A stretch of DNA of 62,927 bases, filler included, from Perkinsus chesapeaki ATCC PRA-425 (lineage: Eukaryota > Protista > Perkinsozoa): NCBI GenBank assembly GCA_013115145.1. It is 9 parts of 9 records of this genome, joined end to end, with 100 filler letters (N's around TTAATTAATTAA, not from the genome) between each part and the next. Parts side by side here need not be neighbours in the genome. Positions count along the whole stretch, not along the records: positions 59,044 to 62,927 come from JAAPAO010001348.1; 8 more parts are not named here. One strand, written 5' to 3'. The notes below the pieces were generated by a model. That model saw only the letters and a list, made by a program, of their open reading frames with translations, had not been told where the DNA came from and did not search any database. The translations under genes and the position numbers were made by a program. Shown one piece after another: positions 59,338 through 62,927 of the stretch; position 1 is the first letter of the stretch, and the number at the start of each line of letters is the position of its first letter.

Positions 59338-62300
59338 AGGCTATTAGATCACGAGAAAGCCCGATGCAGGGACCTCGAGATGCAGCTTGCCGACCTAGAA
59401 GAGCTTAGAGCCGATGAGCGCTCAAGAGACGCTGGTCGAATTCGCGAGCTTGAGCGAGCTTTGGAGATTGCTAGAAGGAGAATCGATGAACTCACGGACA
59501 GGCTGAATGAGCCACGCTATACCGAGGGACCAAACGTAGGGGTACAAGTGGATCTTCCAGATCTCGAGATGGTGTACGAGTGTGAGAGGCTGAAGGCCCT
59601 GCTAAGGAGGGTTTCTGAGGGTGGCTATGTGGATGGTTTCTTGGGTGGAGTGCATGGGAATCGAACCGGGGTCTGCGAGATAAGGCTGCCTATCGACTGG
59701 AGTAGCCGCCCATACGCCGTGGAGGTAGAGGTGTCGATCGATGATGATAGGTGGGCAGCCGCCGGTATGGTCCAGCTTGGCGACGGGTCCGAAAAGGGCT
59801 GCTCTCCAACTGGTGGGGAAGTGCCCCTAGATCTTCTTATGGTGGCGGATGGTGGCGGTGATGAAGTGGCAGGACACTTCGTGATGAGCCTATCTGATAG
59901 GGGGCTCTTCACAATACGTCTCCAGCAGAACCATCACGGCTGGGACCTGAGAGCTCGCCTGCGTTACGGTTCCCGGGTCCCGCGGTTAGAGTACCTCCTA
60001 AGAGCAGCTGAGGAGGGCAACTCCCGCTTGCAAGCTGATGTTGCCAGCCTCCGGGATCTTGAGATCGCCCTGGACAACGCCCGTTCTGAATGCGGTGCAC
60101 TTGGTGGGGAAGTGGCATCGTTGAGGGAGGACCTTAGGGCGACGAAGGCTGCCCTGGCGGCGGAGAGGGATGCGAACCAAAGATTGGAGGAAGGCGGAGC
60201 GGAGATGGTAAGACTGCTTGTGGATCGAGGGTTTGGGGGGATTGAGCGCGTTCAGGAGGCTAATGCTAACTCCAGGCTGGAAGAAGAGCGTCGCCGAGGA
60301 GACTCTCTACAGAGGGAGATCGAGCGGCTCAAGAGGGAACTGGAAGAGGTAGGCTATGGATCGACCCTTAGCTAAGAAATGGCAAGATTCTTGTCTCAGC
60401 GTCTCCGGCGAAGGTCGTCCATGGAGTCTGGGCCGGCAGAGAAGGGGGAGGGAAAGTTCCAGAGCCGAGTGTCGGGCAGTCTGATGGCCAGCAATGATGA
60501 TGAGGTTACACGCCTAAGAGAGGAAGTGGAGATCTTGAGGAGATCGGTGAGGCTATAGAGGTCTTCCGCTGGCTGGTGCAGGGCATCGTCTCAGACGATC
60601 AGACCGTCTGGAAGGCATGAACGAGAGGAGATCATTATAAAGGAGGGGCCGACGGCATCGAGGGCTACAATTGATGAATCCAAAACCTTCACGGTGCGCA
60701 AGATTCGCGATGAAATTCTTACTTTTTGTTTTAGAGTCTCGCTGCCCCAGCAAGCTCCAGCTCGGTGGAGTCTAGATCGAGGGTCCTGCAGTCCGAGGTG
60801 GACAGACTTCGTGATGAGCTGATGGCGTACGAAAGGGGATGGGTAGGTCGGTTCATGGATGCTTTTCGGGAACGCTCTTGGGCAGGCCCCGGACCTGGCT
60901 CCACTTCTTGCAAATGCACGAGAAAGAGCGACAAGGGCCGAGGTCGAAGTGGCAGAGTTGCAGACTGAACTGAAGAACCGAGGGGTAGGATGGGGAGAAG
61001 TGGCTGCTGATGAGGGCATTGTACAGATGTCTGGGCTGACACCGATGCTGGAGGGTGAGAGGAGGAGAGCTGATCTGGCCGAGGGGGAGGTCCTCAGGCT
61101 TAGAGAAGAGCTCAGGAATAGCACCAGCAGCAGTCAGGTAGGGGATGCACCAAAACATGGGACGCGTAAAAAGAAGGAAACGACTTCGGATTTATGGGGG
61201 CGGGAAATGGCGAAGGTGCGGAGCGCCCTTTTGCTACGTTTTTTAAATGGTCACGATGTAGCTGAGGGTTCCCCTCGGTAGGCGTTTGGCAGTATGGGAA
61301 GCGATGCCATGAAGCGGAGGGCGGAGGCTGCGGAGGATGAATCCAGGCGTCTTAGGAGGGAGCTTGAACAATATGAGCGATCTGAAGTAAGGCTGAAGTG
61401 TGGTGACAGGAACGGCTAAGAAGTATTGACAGTCACCTGATCTGGCAGCAGTAGTCACGTCCGAACGCCGTCGAGCCCAACGACTGGAGAAGGAAGTTGT
61501 GCGGGCTACTGATGAGCTGCAGAGACTTCGCGTGAGATGCAAGAAGATTCCTCCCCCCGCTGAGTTGGTCTGGATCAGGACTCGGCGAGCGGTATGGAAG
61601 GAGAGAATATCAGGGCCGAGTATGCGGAGGCCGAGCTGAAGCGATTACAGGAGGACTACGTGAGCCAAGGATACAGAGAAATCGTTGCATATGCTCTGCA
61701 GGCCGCCGTGTTGAATCGGGAGCAAATGAGAGCCGAGAGGACGGAAGGGGAAATCAGAAGGCTTCATGACGAGTTGGAAGCCTTTGAGCGCGGGCGGGTA
61801 GGGCACACTAGGCGACCTGCCTGCTGGAACTAAGTTTGCTTGGTATTTTTAGGACCCTGACCTTGCCCTCGTCATCGAACGAGAGCGCCATCGAGCCGCA
61901 CGTGCTGAGGCTGACGTCCGAACATTGCAGGAGGAGCTCCGAAGGGTAGGCTTCGGATGGCTATGCGCGCGTGTTTACAGTCCAGCGCTGAATAGAGCTT
62001 AGACTCTAAATGATGATGGTGATGATGACTCTTGCCGTTTAGGCTGACGTCGCCCATACTAGCTTCGGTATGAGACAGAACACTTCACGGTCTCGAGTAA
62101 GCATCGGAATAGCTTCGTGAATGAAACGGATAGTATCAGAGTCGATCCCCTGATCCCTTCGCACTGGAGAAGGAGAGTCGTCGAGCTCAGCAAGCTGAGG
62201 CCGAAGTACGGCGTCTTCGTGAAGAGCTCTGGAGCATAGAGCGATCGGAAGTAGAGGAATCCTACGCCTAATTCTTCCCTATTCGTGTTCCATTGCAGTG

Positions 62301-62740
62301 TCCCGACCTCGCGCCAACGCTAGAGGCGGAACGGCGGCGAGCGGAAAGGGCGGAAGCTGAAGTGCTTCAGCTTGTGGAAGATCTCCGCATGTCCCAGGTA
62401 GGACTTGGATTTATCGGATTGCCCAACTAAGTAACTTCTGTTTCCTGTCTCAGTCGTGCGGCTCGTGCCCACTGGGCCCTGTTCTAGAGGATGAGCGGCG
62501 ACGAGCGGAGTGGGCCGAGATAGAGGTTAGCCGCCTTCAACAGGAACTTTGCGAACTACGAGTAAGTCAGCAGCAGTCTCGATGCTTGAACCTCGGGGCT
62601 CCTCTCTCAGAACTACGGTCTGAGCTCGGGCTCCTCTGGCGGCTTTGACATGGTCTCTCACCTTCAGCAACATATCCAGGTCCTCCGAAATGACCTCGAC
62701 AAAGCGCTTCGGGACCGATACGAGGAGTCTCGGCGGATTC
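59338..62740 (+). CDS. Large coiled-coil protein with a beta-rich insert and a modular repeat-exon array; ends uncertain
   Basis: About 1-kb exon with E/R/L heptads and a beta-rich insert, then at least 11 short GT-AG exons each encoding an ERRRA-x-AE-x-EV-xx-L-x-EEL-like module. Confidence 0.75.
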
Positions 62741-62927
62741 GAGCTCGATAAGGCAATCGATGTGCCATGTTTAACTGATACTGTGTTACTGCCAACAAGA
62801 TGTGCTTGTAACATACATGCCTTGAGTTCAAGGAAGGTCAATTGCCGATCACGAAACTATCGTAAATGTGGAGAATTGAGACTCACTGGAGCAGCAGACC
62901 TATAATGACACGACTAGCTGTGCCATA

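Overview
This is eukaryotic DNA, not bacterial. It consists of nine contigs joined by eight artificial 100-bp spacers (44 N + TTAATTAATTAA + 44 N), so adjacency across spacers is not biological evidence. Short GT-AG introns (mostly about 45-60 nt), a flagellar gene and intronless lineage-specific secreted proteins suggest an alveolate protist, most plausibly Perkinsus (inference, not proven). Recognisable genes: a papain-family cysteine protease, condensin II subunit CAP-D3 (5'-truncated), CFAP58, xylulokinase, prenylcysteine oxidase (5'-truncated), Lon protease (3'-truncated), a secreted 5'-nucleotidase (3'-truncated), a class I cyclic-nucleotide phosphodiesterase, tRNA-Thr(UGU) and tRNA-Leu(CAG). 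Mobile DNA: a decayed Gypsy-like integrase with candidate PPT/LTR, an uninterrupted gag-protease-RT fragment whose zinc finger is CCCH instead of CCHC, and a 919-bp TA-flanked inverted-repeat element with polarised GTACAC arrays and an internal tRNA-like segment. Other highlights: a PDE fused to a PKA-R-type docking/dimerisation domain, a coiled-coil gene built from at least 11 phase-0 one-module exons, and a tandem trio of divergent secreted paralogues. Exon boundaries were read by eye and no database searches were run.
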